Below are positions 1 through 8,429 of a stretch of 64,000 nucleotides of DNA, one piece after another. The translations under genes were made by a program, and so were the position numbers. Numbering within the stretch: the first letter of the stretch is position 1; each line of letters begins with the position of its first letter. Origin of the DNA: Candidatus Limnocylindria bacterium (GTDB lineage: Bacteria; Chloroflexota; Limnocylindria; QHBO01). Location: the NCBI GenBank assembly GCA_036556695.1, contig DATBIY010000013.1, forward strand, positions 18,946 through 82,945, in the 5' to 3' direction. The notes beneath the pieces were generated by a model. It was not told the origin of the DNA. It saw only the letters and a list, made by a program, of their open reading frames with translations, and made no database searches.

Positions 1-1
1 C

Positions 2-1792
2 GCTGCCGACCTGCTGGATGCCGGCGCCCACGACCGGCTCGACACCATGCGTCATTCGGCGGCGCACATCATGGCCGCGGCGGTGCTGGAGCTGTTCCCG
101 GAGGCCAAGCTGGGCATCGGCCCGGCGATTCGGGACGGCTTCTACTACGACTTCGACCTGCCCCGCGCGCTGACCCCGGCCGACCTCGAGGCCATCGAGG
201 AGCGGATGCGCGCCCAGGTGGGGGCCAACCTGCCGTTCGAACGTTCCGAGCTCGACCGCGAGGCCGCACTGAACCAGCTGGAGAACGAGGGACAGGACTA
301 CAAGGTCGAGATCGTCCGCGAGCTCCCCGAGGCCAACGCCCAGATCGTCAGCTTTTACCGCCATGGCTCGTTCAACGACCTGTGCCGCGGGCCGCACGTC
401 GCGACCACCGGCGACCTTGGCCCGTTCAAGCTGCTGAACTCGGCCGGCGCCTACTGGCGCGGCGACGAGAAGCGGCCAATGCTGCAGCGCATCTACGGCA
501 CGGTCTGGGAGTCGCAGGCCGACCTGGACCGCTACCTGTGGCGCCTGGAAGAGGCGAAGAAGCGCGACCACCGCAAGCTCGGCCGCGACCTGGAGCTGTT
601 CACCTTCCATCCCGAGTCGCCGGCGGCGCCGTTCTTCCATCCGCGCGGCATGGCCATGTGGCGCGCACTGGAGGACTGGTCGCGCGAGGTGCGACGTTCC
701 GGCGGCTTCGTCGAGGTGCGCACGCCAAGCCTGGTCCGCAAGGAGATGTGGGAGACCTCCGGCCACTGGGAGCTCTACCAGGACAACATGTTCGTGCTGG
801 ACGACTACGGCCACCTGTCGGGCTTGAAGCCGATGAACTGCCCCCAGGAGATCCTGGTCTACAAGACCCGCGCGCACTCGTACCGCGAGCTGCCCATCCG
901 CTTCGCCGACTACTCCGTCCTGTTCCGCAAGGAGCTGACCGGCGCGCTGTCTGGCATGTTCCGGGTGCGACAGCTGGTCCAGGACGACTCGCACGTCTTC
1001 TGCCGCGACGACCAGGTCATCGAGGAGATCAACCTGGCGCTGGACCTGGTGCGCAGGCAGTTCGCGCCGTTCGGCATCACGCCCACCTTCAAGCTCGCCA
1101 CCCGGCCCGAGAAGCGGCTCGGCTCCGACGAGTTCTGGGACATGGCCGAGGGCAAGCTGAAGACGGCGCTCGAGGAGTCCGGCACGCCGTACACCCTAGA
1201 CCCGGGCGGCGCGGCCTTCTCCGCGCCGAAGATCGACATCTTCTTCGAGGACGCGCTCGGGCGAGAGTGGCAGAACGCGACCGTGCAGCTGGACTACCAG
1301 CTGCCCCAGCGCTTCGACCTGGAGTACCGCGCGGCCGACGGCGGCTTCGAGCGGCCGGCGATCATCCACTACGCCATCTACGGTTCGTTCGAGCGGTTCA
1401 TGGCGGTGATCACCGAGCACTTCGCCGGCGCCTTCCCGCTGTGGATGGCGCCCGTGCAGGTGATGGTCATCCCCATCGCCGACCGTCACCTGGAGTACGC
1501 CGCTCGCGTGCGACAGGCCCTGGCCGATGCGGGGCTGCGGGTCGAGGTGGACGACCGCTCGGAGCGCATGCAGGCCAAGGTCCGCGACGCGCAGGAGCAG
1601 AAGATCCCGGTGATGCTGGTGGTGGGGGATCGGGATGCCGAGGCCGGGGCCGTCTCCCCACGGCTGCGCACCGGCGAGTCGTCGCAGGGCGTGCCGCTGG
1701 ACGAGTTCGTGTCCGACATCGCCGGTCGCGCGCAGCGACGTGAGCTGTGGCCCTACGCCGAGGACGCCGGGGAGGCGGCTGCCAGCGCATGA
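2..1792 (+). CDS. thrS: threonine--tRNA ligase; N-terminal part lies upstream of the window
   Basis: ORF 47..1792 stays open to the window edge in the same frame. Class II aaRS core and anticodon-binding domain are recognisable (RHSAAHIMA, FRVRQLVQDDSHVF, PLWMAPVQV). Classical thrS-infC-rpmI-rplT-pheST context. Confidence 0.95.
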   Translation, partial: AADLLDAGAHDRLDTMRHSAAHIMAAAVLELFPEAKLGIGPAIRDGFYYDFDLPRALTPADLEAIEERMRAQVGANLPFERSELDREAALNQLENEGQDYKVEIVRELPEANAQIVSFYRHGSFNDLCRGPHVATTGDLGPFKLLNSAGAYWRGDEKRPMLQRIYGTVWESQADLDRYLWRLEEAKKRDHRKLGRDLELFTFHPESPAAPFFHPRGMAMWRALEDWSREVRRSGGFVEVRTPSLVRKEMWETSGHWELYQDNMFVLDDYGHLSGLKPMNCPQEILVYKTRAHSYRELPIRFADYSVLFRKELTGALSGMFRVRQLVQDDSHVFCRDDQVIEEINLALDLVRRQFAPFGITPTFKLATRPEKRLGSDEFWDMAEGKLKTALEESGTPYTLDPGGAAFSAPKIDIFFEDALGREWQNATVQLDYQLPQRFDLEYRAADGGFERPAIIHYAIYGSFERFMAVITEHFAGAFPLWMAPVQVMVIPIADRHLEYAARVRQALADAGLRVEVDDRSERMQAKVRDAQEQKIPVMLVVGDRDAEAGAVSPRLRTGESSQGVPLDEFVSDIAGRAQRRELWPYAEDAGEAAASA

Positions 1793-2154
1793 GGAAGATG
1801 CGGGGGGTGGGGCAGCTGGCCCTGGCATCGGGTGATCCACATCGCGCCGCCGAGTTCTACGAGTCGGCGTTCGGCTTCGTGCGCCGCGCCGCCGACGAGT
1901 CAGGTGTGGACCTGGAGCTGGCCGGCTTCGAGCTGAGCTTCCGCCGTTCCGAGCGACCGAGCCGCGAGGGGCTGCAGATCGGCTTCCGGCTAGAGACGGC
2001 CGGCGAGGTGGATGCCTGGGCGCAGGAGCTGGCCCAGCGCGGCTTCGCGCTGGCCGCACCGCCCTCCGGAGACAGGTGGGAAGGGATGCGCTCATTCCGC
2101 CTGGCCGATCCCGAAGGACGGCAGGTCGCGGTCTTCTACGCGTATCCGGACTGA
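1789..2154 (+). CDS. VOC (glyoxalase/bleomycin-resistance fold) family protein
   Basis: ATG at 1789 overlaps the thrS stop (ATGA). GGAGG lies ~13 nt upstream. The ~121 aa sequence has a VOC-like pattern (AEFYESAFGF ... LADPEGRQVAVF). Confidence 0.65.
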   Translation: MRKMRGVGQLALASGDPHRAAEFYESAFGFVRRAADESGVDLELAGFELSFRRSERPSREGLQIGFRLETAGEVDAWAQELAQRGFALAAPPSGDRWEGMRSFRLADPEGRQVAVFYAYPD

Positions 2155-2175
2155 CCACGCGACGGTCCACGCTCG

Positions 2176-2204
2176 TTGACCGGCCCTCCCGGAGCGGGTA
2201 GAAT
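2176..2204 (+). promoter_or_regulatory. sigma-70-type promoter, TTGACC - 17 nt - TAGAAT, upstream of infC
   Basis: TTGACC at 2176-2181, exactly 17 nt spacer, TAGAAT at 2199-2204, in the 125-nt gap before infC. Confidence 0.55.
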
Positions 2205-2227
2205 CCTGCGGCGTTTGCGTGGAAGTC

Positions 2228-2265
2228 GGCCACCCGTCTGTATCGGCTCGGGTGGCCTGTTTGTT
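2228..2265 (+). promoter_or_regulatory. leader hairpin with T-rich tail (attenuator / L20-leader-like element) in the infC 5' UTR
   Basis: Perfect 9-bp stem GGCCACCCG (2228-2236) / CGGGTGGCC (2249-2257), 12-nt loop, followed by TGTTTGTTG. The SD GAAGGAG (2266-2272) comes immediately after. Confidence 0.4.
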
Positions 2266-2279
2266 GAAGGAGTCGCGGC

Positions 2280-2975
2280 ATAGCAAGGGACCTGCGAGTC
2301 AACGAAATGATCCGGATCCGCGAGGTGCGGGTCATCGATGACGAAAACCAGCAGCTGGGTGTGATGCCCACCTTCAGGGCACTCGCGCTGGCGCAGGAGA
2401 AGGGGCTCGATCTCGTCGAGGTCGCGCCCACCGCGGTCCCGCCGGTGTGCCGCATCCTCGACTACGGCCAGTACAAGTACGAGCTGCAGAAGCGCGAGCG
2501 CGAGGCCAAGAAGAAGCAGAAGTCGCAGACCTTCAAGGAGATCCGGCTTCGGGTCAAGATCGACGTCAACGATCTGCGGACCAAGCTTCGACGGGCGGGG
2601 CAGTTCCTGGACGAGGGAGACCGCGTCAAGGTGACCGTCCAGTTCCGAGGCCGCGAGATGAGCCACGCCAATTTGGGGCGTGACCTCCTCGACCGGGCCG
2701 CCGAGCTCCTGACGGAGCACGGCACGGTGGAGCGACCGCCGCTCCTGGAGGGCCGGAACATGTACATCGTGATGGCCCCGCTGGAGAAGCGGGCGGAGAA
2801 GCAACCGAAGAGCGAGGGCGAGGCGGCGCAGGCGCCGGCCGCCCAGGCCGCGGCCCCGGCGAACGGGGGAGAGACGATCGGCGACGCGCTCGCCGCCAAG
2901 GGCAAGGCACCGGCCGCCACGGCCGAGCCACCGGCCCCGGCAGACGAAGCGCAGCAGCCGGCAGAACAGGGATAG
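2280..2975 (+). CDS. infC: translation initiation factor IF-3, predicted non-canonical ATA start
   Basis: The ORF track starts at ATG 2307, but the frame is open from 2268. The upstream codons read IARDLRVNE-MIRIREVRVID, matching the conserved IF-3 N-terminus (..L.(R/V)NE.IR..EVR.I). ATA at 2280 sits 7 nt after SD GAAGGAG. An unusual IF-3 start codon is a known autoregulatory feature. Confidence 0.88.
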   Translation: MARDLRVNEMIRIREVRVIDDENQQLGVMPTFRALALAQEKGLDLVEVAPTAVPPVCRILDYGQYKYELQKREREAKKKQKSQTFKEIRLRVKIDVNDLRTKLRRAGQFLDEGDRVKVTVQFRGREMSHANLGRDLLDRAAELLTEHGTVERPPLLEGRNMYIVMAPLEKRAEKQPKSEGEAAQAPAAQAAAPANGGETIGDALAAKGKAPAATAEPPAPADEAQQPAEQG

Positions 2976-2977
2976 CA

Positions 2978-3175
2978 GTGCCGAAGATCAAGACCCACAA
3001 GGGGACAGCCAAGCGCTACAAGAAGACCGGATCCGGGAAGTGGGTCCGGCCGAAGGCGTGGCGTGGCCATCACCTGGAGATCAAGTCCAGCCGCCGCACG
3101 CGCCGCTACGCGGGCAAGGCGGTCGTCTCCAAGGCGCACAAGGAGCAGCTCGAGCGGCTGCTCCCGTACGCGTAG
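2978..3175 (+). CDS. rpmI: 50S ribosomal protein L35
   Basis: MPKIKTHKGTAKRYKKTGSGK..., 65 aa, between infC and rplT. Confidence 0.95.
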   Translation: MPKIKTHKGTAKRYKKTGSGKWVRPKAWRGHHLEIKSSRRTRRYAGKAVVSKAHKEQLERLLPYA

Positions 3176-3184
3176 GGCCGGCTG

Positions 3185-3544
3185 ATGGCACGCGTCAAGC
3201 GCGGCGTCGCCGCTCACCGTCGCCACAAGCGCCTGCTGGCACAGGCCTCCGGCCGCCGTGGCACCCGCTCCACGCTGGTGCGCCCCGCGCGCGAGGCCCT
3301 GTTCCACGCGCTGGTCTACGCCTACCGCGACCGCAAGGCACGGAAGCGCGACATGCGCCGCCTGTGGATCGAGCGCATCAATGCCGCCTCCCGGCAGCAC
3401 GGCCTGCCGTACGGGCGCTTCATCGCCGGCCTGAAGCAGGCCGGCGTGGAAGTGGATCGCAAGGTGCTGGCCGACCTGGCGGTCCGCGAGCCGGCGGCAT
3501 TCGCCACCATGGTCGAAACCGCAAAGTCCTCGTTTACCAGCTAG
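3185..3544 (+). CDS. rplT: 50S ribosomal protein L20
   Basis: [18 protein letters not shown]... typical L20, 119 aa. Confidence 0.95.
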   Translation: MARVKRGVAAHRRHKRLLAQASGRRGTRSTLVRPAREALFHALVYAYRDRKARKRDMRRLWIERINAASRQHGLPYGRFIAGLKQAGVEVDRKVLADLAVREPAAFATMVETAKSSFTS

Positions 3545-3571
3545 CCGGCGTCGCGCACGCCGGCACCACGG

Positions 3572-3605
3572 CCCTGCTCCGAATGCGGAGCGGGGTCGTT
3601 CGTTT
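3572..3605 (+). terminator. GC-rich hairpin plus T-rich tail between rplT and pheS
   Basis: 10-bp stem CCCTGCTCCG (3572-3581) / CGGAGCGGGG (3586-3595, one G-U pair), 4-nt loop AATG, then TCGTTCGTTTA running into the pheS ATG. Confidence 0.4.
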
Positions 3606-4703
3606 ATGGCCGATGATCCACATGGACCGATGAACGACCTTCAGCAGCGGCTCGAACAGCTCAGGACCGATGCCACCGCCCGCCTCTCGGCAGCCGCCGA
3701 TGCCGCGGCGGTGGAGGAGGTGCGCCACGAACTGCTCGGCCGCTCCGGCGAGCTGACGGGCCTGATGCGCAGCCTGGGCCAGGCACCGCCAGATGTGCGG
3801 CCCGCGCTGGGCCGGCTGGCCAACGAGGTGCGCGGCCAGCTCGACGAGGCGATCCGTCGACGGCTGGCTGACGTATCGGCCGGTGCGCTGGAGGCTCGCC
3901 TGGAGGCCGAGCGGCTGGATATGAGCGCGCCGGGCCGCCCGGTCCGCATCGGCCACCTGCATCCCACGCTCACCGCGGAGCGCGACTTCCGCGAGATCTT
4001 CCACGCCTTCGGCTTCGAGGTGTTCGAAGGGCCGGAGATCGAGACCGACTGGTGGAACTTCGAGGCGCTCAACATCCCGCCCGACCACCCGGCCCGCGAC
4101 CTGTGGGACACGCTGTACGTGGCGGAGCCGGGAAGCGATCCGCCGCGCCCCGCCGAGGACGGCACCATCCTGCGCACCCACACCTCGCCGGGGCAGGTGC
4201 GCGCGATGCGGACGCTGACCCCGCCCATCCGGGTGATCATCCCCGGGCGCTGCTTCCGCTACGAGAACGTGGCCGCCGACCGCAACTTCGAGTTCTTCCA
4301 GATCGAGGGGCTGGTCATCGACCATGACACCAGCCTGGCCGATCTGAAGGGCCTGCTTGAGGAGTTCGCCCGCGCGCTGTACGGGAACGAGACGCGGACC
4401 CGCTTCCGCCCGGGCTACTACCCCTTCACCGAGCCGAGCGTGGCGTTCGACATCAGCTGCCAGGTGTGCGGCGGCGTGGGATGCCCGGTCTGCAAGAAGA
4501 CCGGCTGGGTGACGATCCTGGGCGCCGGCATGGTGCATCCCACGGTGATCCGCCACGGCGGACTGGATCCCGACGAGTACCAGGGCTACGCCATCGGCTT
4601 CGGCCTGGACCGGGTCGCCATGAACCGCCACGGCATCCGCGACATGCGCCAGCTGATGCGTGCCGACCTGCGCTTCATCGAGCAGTTCCCGGGAGGCCGC
4701 TAG
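3606..4703 (+). CDS. pheS: phenylalanine--tRNA ligase alpha subunit
   Basis: Typical PheS core (HPARDLWDT, ILRTHTSPGQVR, FRYENVAADRNFEFFQIEG, AFGLDRVAM). The start may instead be a downstream ATG (3621/3630). Confidence 0.93.
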   Translation: MADDPHGPMNDLQQRLEQLRTDATARLSAAADAAAVEEVRHELLGRSGELTGLMRSLGQAPPDVRPALGRLANEVRGQLDEAIRRRLADVSAGALEARLEAERLDMSAPGRPVRIGHLHPTLTAERDFREIFHAFGFEVFEGPEIETDWWNFEALNIPPDHPARDLWDTLYVAEPGSDPPRPAEDGTILRTHTSPGQVRAMRTLTPPIRVIIPGRCFRYENVAADRNFEFFQIEGLVIDHDTSLADLKGLLEEFARALYGNETRTRFRPGYYPFTEPSVAFDISCQVCGGVGCPVCKKTGWVTILGAGMVHPTVIRHGGLDPDEYQGYAIGFGLDRVAMNRHGIRDMRQLMRADLRFIEQFPGGR

Positions 4704-7136
4704 GTGCTGGTTCCGCTTTCGTGGCTGCGCGAGTACGTCGACGTCGAGCTCACCCCCGAGCAGCTCGCCGAGCAGCTGACCCTGCGCGGCATGGAGGTGC
4801 AGGGCATCAGCGTCAGCGGCGCGGACTGGACCGATGTGGTCGTCGGGCGGCTGCTCAGCGTCGAGCGGCATCCGAACGCGGACAAGCTGTGGCTGACCAC
4901 GGTCGACGTCGGGGCCGATGCGCCGCTGCAGGTGGTGTGCGGCGCGGACAACATCTCGCCCGGCGACCTGGTACCGGTGGCGAAGGTCGGCGCTGTGCTG
5001 CCCGGCGATCGGCGCATCGAGCGCTCGAAGATTCGCGGCGTCGAGTCGCAGGGCATGCTGTGCTCGGCCATCGAGCTGGGGCTGGGCGACGACGCCGATG
5101 GCATCCACCTGCTCGGCGGAACGCAGGACGAGCTGCCGCTGGGGGCCGACCTGGGGCCGATCGTGGGCGAGGTGGTGCTGGACGTGGACGTGAAGCCCAA
5201 CCGCGGCGACGCGCTGTCGATGGTCGGGCTGGCGCGCGAAGTGGCGGCCATCACGGGTGGCCCGCTACGGCTGCCGGATGCCACCGTTCACGAGGACGAG
5301 GGACTGCAGACGGCCGATCACGTCAGCGTCGAGATCGCCGACGAGGCCTGCACGCGCTTCACCGCGCGCTGGTTCTCCGACGTGCACAACGGCCCGTCGC
5401 CGGCCTGGATGCAGCAGCGCCTGCTGGCGGCCGGCATGCGGCCGATCTCGGCCGTGGTGGACGTCACCAACTACGTCATGCACGAGCTGGGACAGCCGAT
5501 GCACGCGTATGACGCCGACACGCTGCCCGGCGGCCGGATCGTGGTGCGCCGCGGCCGAGCGGGCGAGCAGCTGGAGACGATCGACCACGAGACCCGACAG
5601 CTCGACGAGCGGATGCTGCTGATCGCCGATGAAGCGAAGCCCATCGGCCTGGCCGGCATCATGGGCGGGGCCGGCACGGAGGTCACCGAGATGACGAACC
5701 GCGTCATCCTGGAGTCGGCCATCTTCCACGGCCCCACCATCCGTAACACCGCTCGGCGGCTGGCCCTGCGCTCCGAGGCGAGCATGCGCCACGAGAAGGG
5801 GATTGGCCACGACCTGCCGCGCTTCGCCGCTGACCGCGCTGCGGGGCTGATCGCGGAGATCACTGGCGCGCGCGTGGCATCGGGCATCGTCGACAACGAC
5901 CCCCAGCCCAAGCCGCCGCGCGTGGTGCCGCTCGACCTGGCGCGCGCCGAGCGCCTGCTGGGCATTCCGCTGGACGAGGGCACCGTCCGCGATTTGCTGG
6001 CGCCACTGGGCTTCGAGGTGCGAGGCGGCAGCCCGCCGGAGGTGGTCGTGCCGAGCCACCGGCTCGACGTGCTCGCGGCAGAGGACGTGGCTGAGGAGAT
6101 CGCCCGCAGCCACGGCTATGACCGCATCCCTGGCACTCTGCCGCGTCCCGCGCTGCCGCCCTACCGGTCCGATCCGTCGGATGCGCGGCACCGGGTGCGG
6201 CGCATCCTGGCCGGACTGGGGATGGACGAGGTGGTCACGCACGCGCTCATCGGCCCCGACGACCTCCAGCGCTCGGGCTTCGACCCGCAGGACGCCGCGC
6301 TGGTCAGGCTGGCGAACCCAATGGGCGAGCAGCACAGCATCCTGCGGCCGGCCATGTACCCCTCGCTGCTCGCCGCGCTGGCCGAGAATGTCCGCCAGCG
6401 CCGCGGCGACCCGTGGCTGTTCGAAGTGGGAAAGACCTACTGGATGTCGTCCGGCAAGGGCCCGGCCGGCGCCGAGACGGCGGGCAGCGGGCGCTGGGAG
6501 GCGTGGCACATCGGCATCGCGCTGCTGGGACCGGAGCTGCCGCCGCTGCCCGGCGCCAGCATGCCGCCGGCCGACGTGGCCACGCTGAAGGGCCTGGTGG
6601 ACGCCCTGCACGAGGCTTTGGGCGCGCGCCCACCCTCCTACCGTGAGGAAACCCCTGAGGAGCTGCACCCGCACCTGCATCCCGGCCGTGCGGCACGCAT
6701 GACCGACGGCAGCGGCCACGCCTACGGCAGCGTCGGCGAGGTGCACCCGCGCGTGGCCGAAGCGTGGGGCCTGCCCGGCCGGCCGGTCGTCGCGGCCATC
6801 AACCTGCCGCAGCTGCTGGCCCTGATCCCGGCCGAGGTGACGGTGCAGGCGGTGCCCGCCGCGCAACCGGTCGACCGCGACCTGGCCGTCTCGGTGGGCG
6901 AGGAGACGCCGCTGGGCGAGCTGCTGCGCGTGCTGCGGGCGAGCGCCGGACCGGGCCTGGTGCGCGCACACGTGTTCGACGTGTATCGCGGCGAGCAGAT
7001 AGGCGAGGGGCGCGTGTCGTACGCCATCGCGCTGCGCTTCCAGCCCGAGGCCGCGGGCGACGAGAAGGCCGTCGAGCGCGCCATGAATCGGGTGCGTGGC
7101 AGCCTGCAGCATCACCTGGGCGCGCAGATCCGCTGA
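4704..7136 (+). CDS. pheT: phenylalanine--tRNA ligase beta subunit
   Basis: GTG start directly after the pheS stop. Has the tRNA-binding domain (VVVGRLLSVERHPNADKLWL), B3/4, B5 and FDX-ACB regions. 810 aa. Confidence 0.95.
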   Translation: MLVPLSWLREYVDVELTPEQLAEQLTLRGMEVQGISVSGADWTDVVVGRLLSVERHPNADKLWLTTVDVGADAPLQVVCGADNISPGDLVPVAKVGAVLPGDRRIERSKIRGVESQGMLCSAIELGLGDDADGIHLLGGTQDELPLGADLGPIVGEVVLDVDVKPNRGDALSMVGLAREVAAITGGPLRLPDATVHEDEGLQTADHVSVEIADEACTRFTARWFSDVHNGPSPAWMQQRLLAAGMRPISAVVDVTNYVMHELGQPMHAYDADTLPGGRIVVRRGRAGEQLETIDHETRQLDERMLLIADEAKPIGLAGIMGGAGTEVTEMTNRVILESAIFHGPTIRNTARRLALRSEASMRHEKGIGHDLPRFAADRAAGLIAEITGARVASGIVDNDPQPKPPRVVPLDLARAERLLGIPLDEGTVRDLLAPLGFEVRGGSPPEVVVPSHRLDVLAAEDVAEEIARSHGYDRIPGTLPRPALPPYRSDPSDARHRVRRILAGLGMDEVVTHALIGPDDLQRSGFDPQDAALVRLANPMGEQHSILRPAMYPSLLAALAENVRQRRGDPWLFEVGKTYWMSSGKGPAGAETAGSGRWEAWHIGIALLGPELPPLPGASMPPADVATLKGLVDALHEALGARPPSYREETPEELHPHLHPGRAARMTDGSGHAYGSVGEVHPRVAEAWGLPGRPVVAAINLPQLLALIPAEVTVQAVPAAQPVDRDLAVSVGEETPLGELLRVLRASAGPGLVRAHVFDVYRGEQIGEGRVSYAIALRFQPEAAGDEKAVERAMNRVRGSLQHHLGAQIR

Positions 7137-7239
7137 GCGCGCCGTTGCCTTGTGCCGCGTTCTGCGCGGCTGCTACCCTTCGCCAGCCCGTGCCGGGGCT
7201 GCCTCGGCCGGCCAAGAGGCACAACAGGAGGAAGCGGTC

Positions 7240-7809
7240 GTGGAGTTCTTCTCCCGCCTGAGCCCGATCGACCTGTTCATCGTCGCCTGCCTGGCGGGCG
7301 GCGTGTTCGCCGGCTTCACGCAGGGCCTGATCCGCTACGCGCTGAACGCTTTGGTGGTGGTCATCGCCTTCATCATCGCCTCGCAGCTCCGCGGACCTAT
7401 GTTCGAGCTGCTCAGCTTCTGGAACGCGTTCACCCCGGATGGCCGTGAGCTGCTCATCTTCCTGGTGCTGTTCGTGGGGCTGGTGGTGGCGGGCTGGTTC
7501 ATCGTGCGGACGTTCTATCGGCGCACCAGGCTGCCCATCATCAAGCAGCTCGACGAGCTTGGCGGCGCTGTCGTCGGCCTGCTGTTCGCCGCCCTGTCGA
7601 TCACCTTCCTGCTGCTGGTGCTGGACAGCTTCTTCCTGAACGTTTCCGACGCCGATGCCTCGAACGCCGGCTTCCTCAACGGCTTCTACCAGGCCATGGA
7701 TCGCTCCGTGCTGGTCGAGTTCTTCCGCTCGACCCTGATCCCGACGTTCGGCCTGCTGGCCAGGCCATTCGTGCCGAGCGAGATCGCCCAGCTGCTCGAA
7801 CCGCGATGA
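7240..7809 (+). CDS. cvpA: CvpA family membrane protein
   Basis: GTG 7240 preceded by GGAGG at 8 nt. Four hydrophobic segments with a CvpA-like N-terminus (IDLFIVACLAGGVFAGFTQGLIR). The longer ORF from 7096 overlaps pheT and was rejected. Confidence 0.7.
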   Translation: MEFFSRLSPIDLFIVACLAGGVFAGFTQGLIRYALNALVVVIAFIIASQLRGPMFELLSFWNAFTPDGRELLIFLVLFVGLVVAGWFIVRTFYRRTRLPIIKQLDELGGAVVGLLFAALSITFLLLVLDSFFLNVSDADASNAGFLNGFYQAMDRSVLVEFFRSTLIPTFGLLARPFVPSEIAQLLEPR

Positions 7810-8429
7810 CCGCAGCCGCGGGCCGCATCCCGACCCCCGGCCCGCGCCGCATCCGCGACCGCGCCTGGTTCGACCGTCCGTCGGCAGAGGTGGCGCCGGA
7901 CCTGCTGGGCAGGGTGCTGGTCCACGACGGCCCGCAGGGTCGCGTCGCCGGTCGCATCGTGGAGGTGGAGGCCTACCAGGGGCCGGAGGACCTGGCCGCG
8001 CACTCGTCGCGCGGGCGGACGCCGCGCAACGCGGTGATGTTCGGCCCGGCGGGCCACCTGTACGTGTACCTCGTCTACGGCCTCCACCACTGCGCCAACG
8101 TGGTCTGCGGGCCGGGCGACAAGCCGGAAGCCGTCCTGTTGCGGGCGGCGGAGGTGACCGACGGGCTGGCGCTGGCCCGCCAGCGCCGCGGCCCGGTGCC
8201 CGACGAGCGACTGGCCGCCGGACCCGGCAACCTGGGCGCCGCCTTCGGCTTCGACCGCCGGCACAACGGCCTGGACCTGCTTCACGGGCCGGCCTGGATT
8301 GCCGATGGGCCGAGGCCGCTGGCCGCCATCGAGCGTTCACCGCGCATCGGGGTCGCCTATGCCGGCAGCTGGGCGGCCGAGCCGCTGCGCTTCTCGATCG
8401 CGAATGACCCGTACCGCTCCGGCCGCTGA
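7806..8429 (+). CDS. mpg: DNA-3-methyladenine glycosylase (Mpg/AAG family)
   Basis: Motifs LLGRVLV, GRIVEVEAYQGPEDLAAHS, GHLYVYLVYGLHHCANVV. ATGA overlap with the cvpA stop. Confidence 0.85.
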   Translation: MTAAAGRIPTPGPRRIRDRAWFDRPSAEVAPDLLGRVLVHDGPQGRVAGRIVEVEAYQGPEDLAAHSSRGRTPRNAVMFGPAGHLYVYLVYGLHHCANVVCGPGDKPEAVLLRAAEVTDGLALARQRRGPVPDERLAAGPGNLGAAFGFDRRHNGLDLLHGPAWIADGPRPLAAIERSPRIGVAYAGSWAAEPLRFSIANDPYRSGR

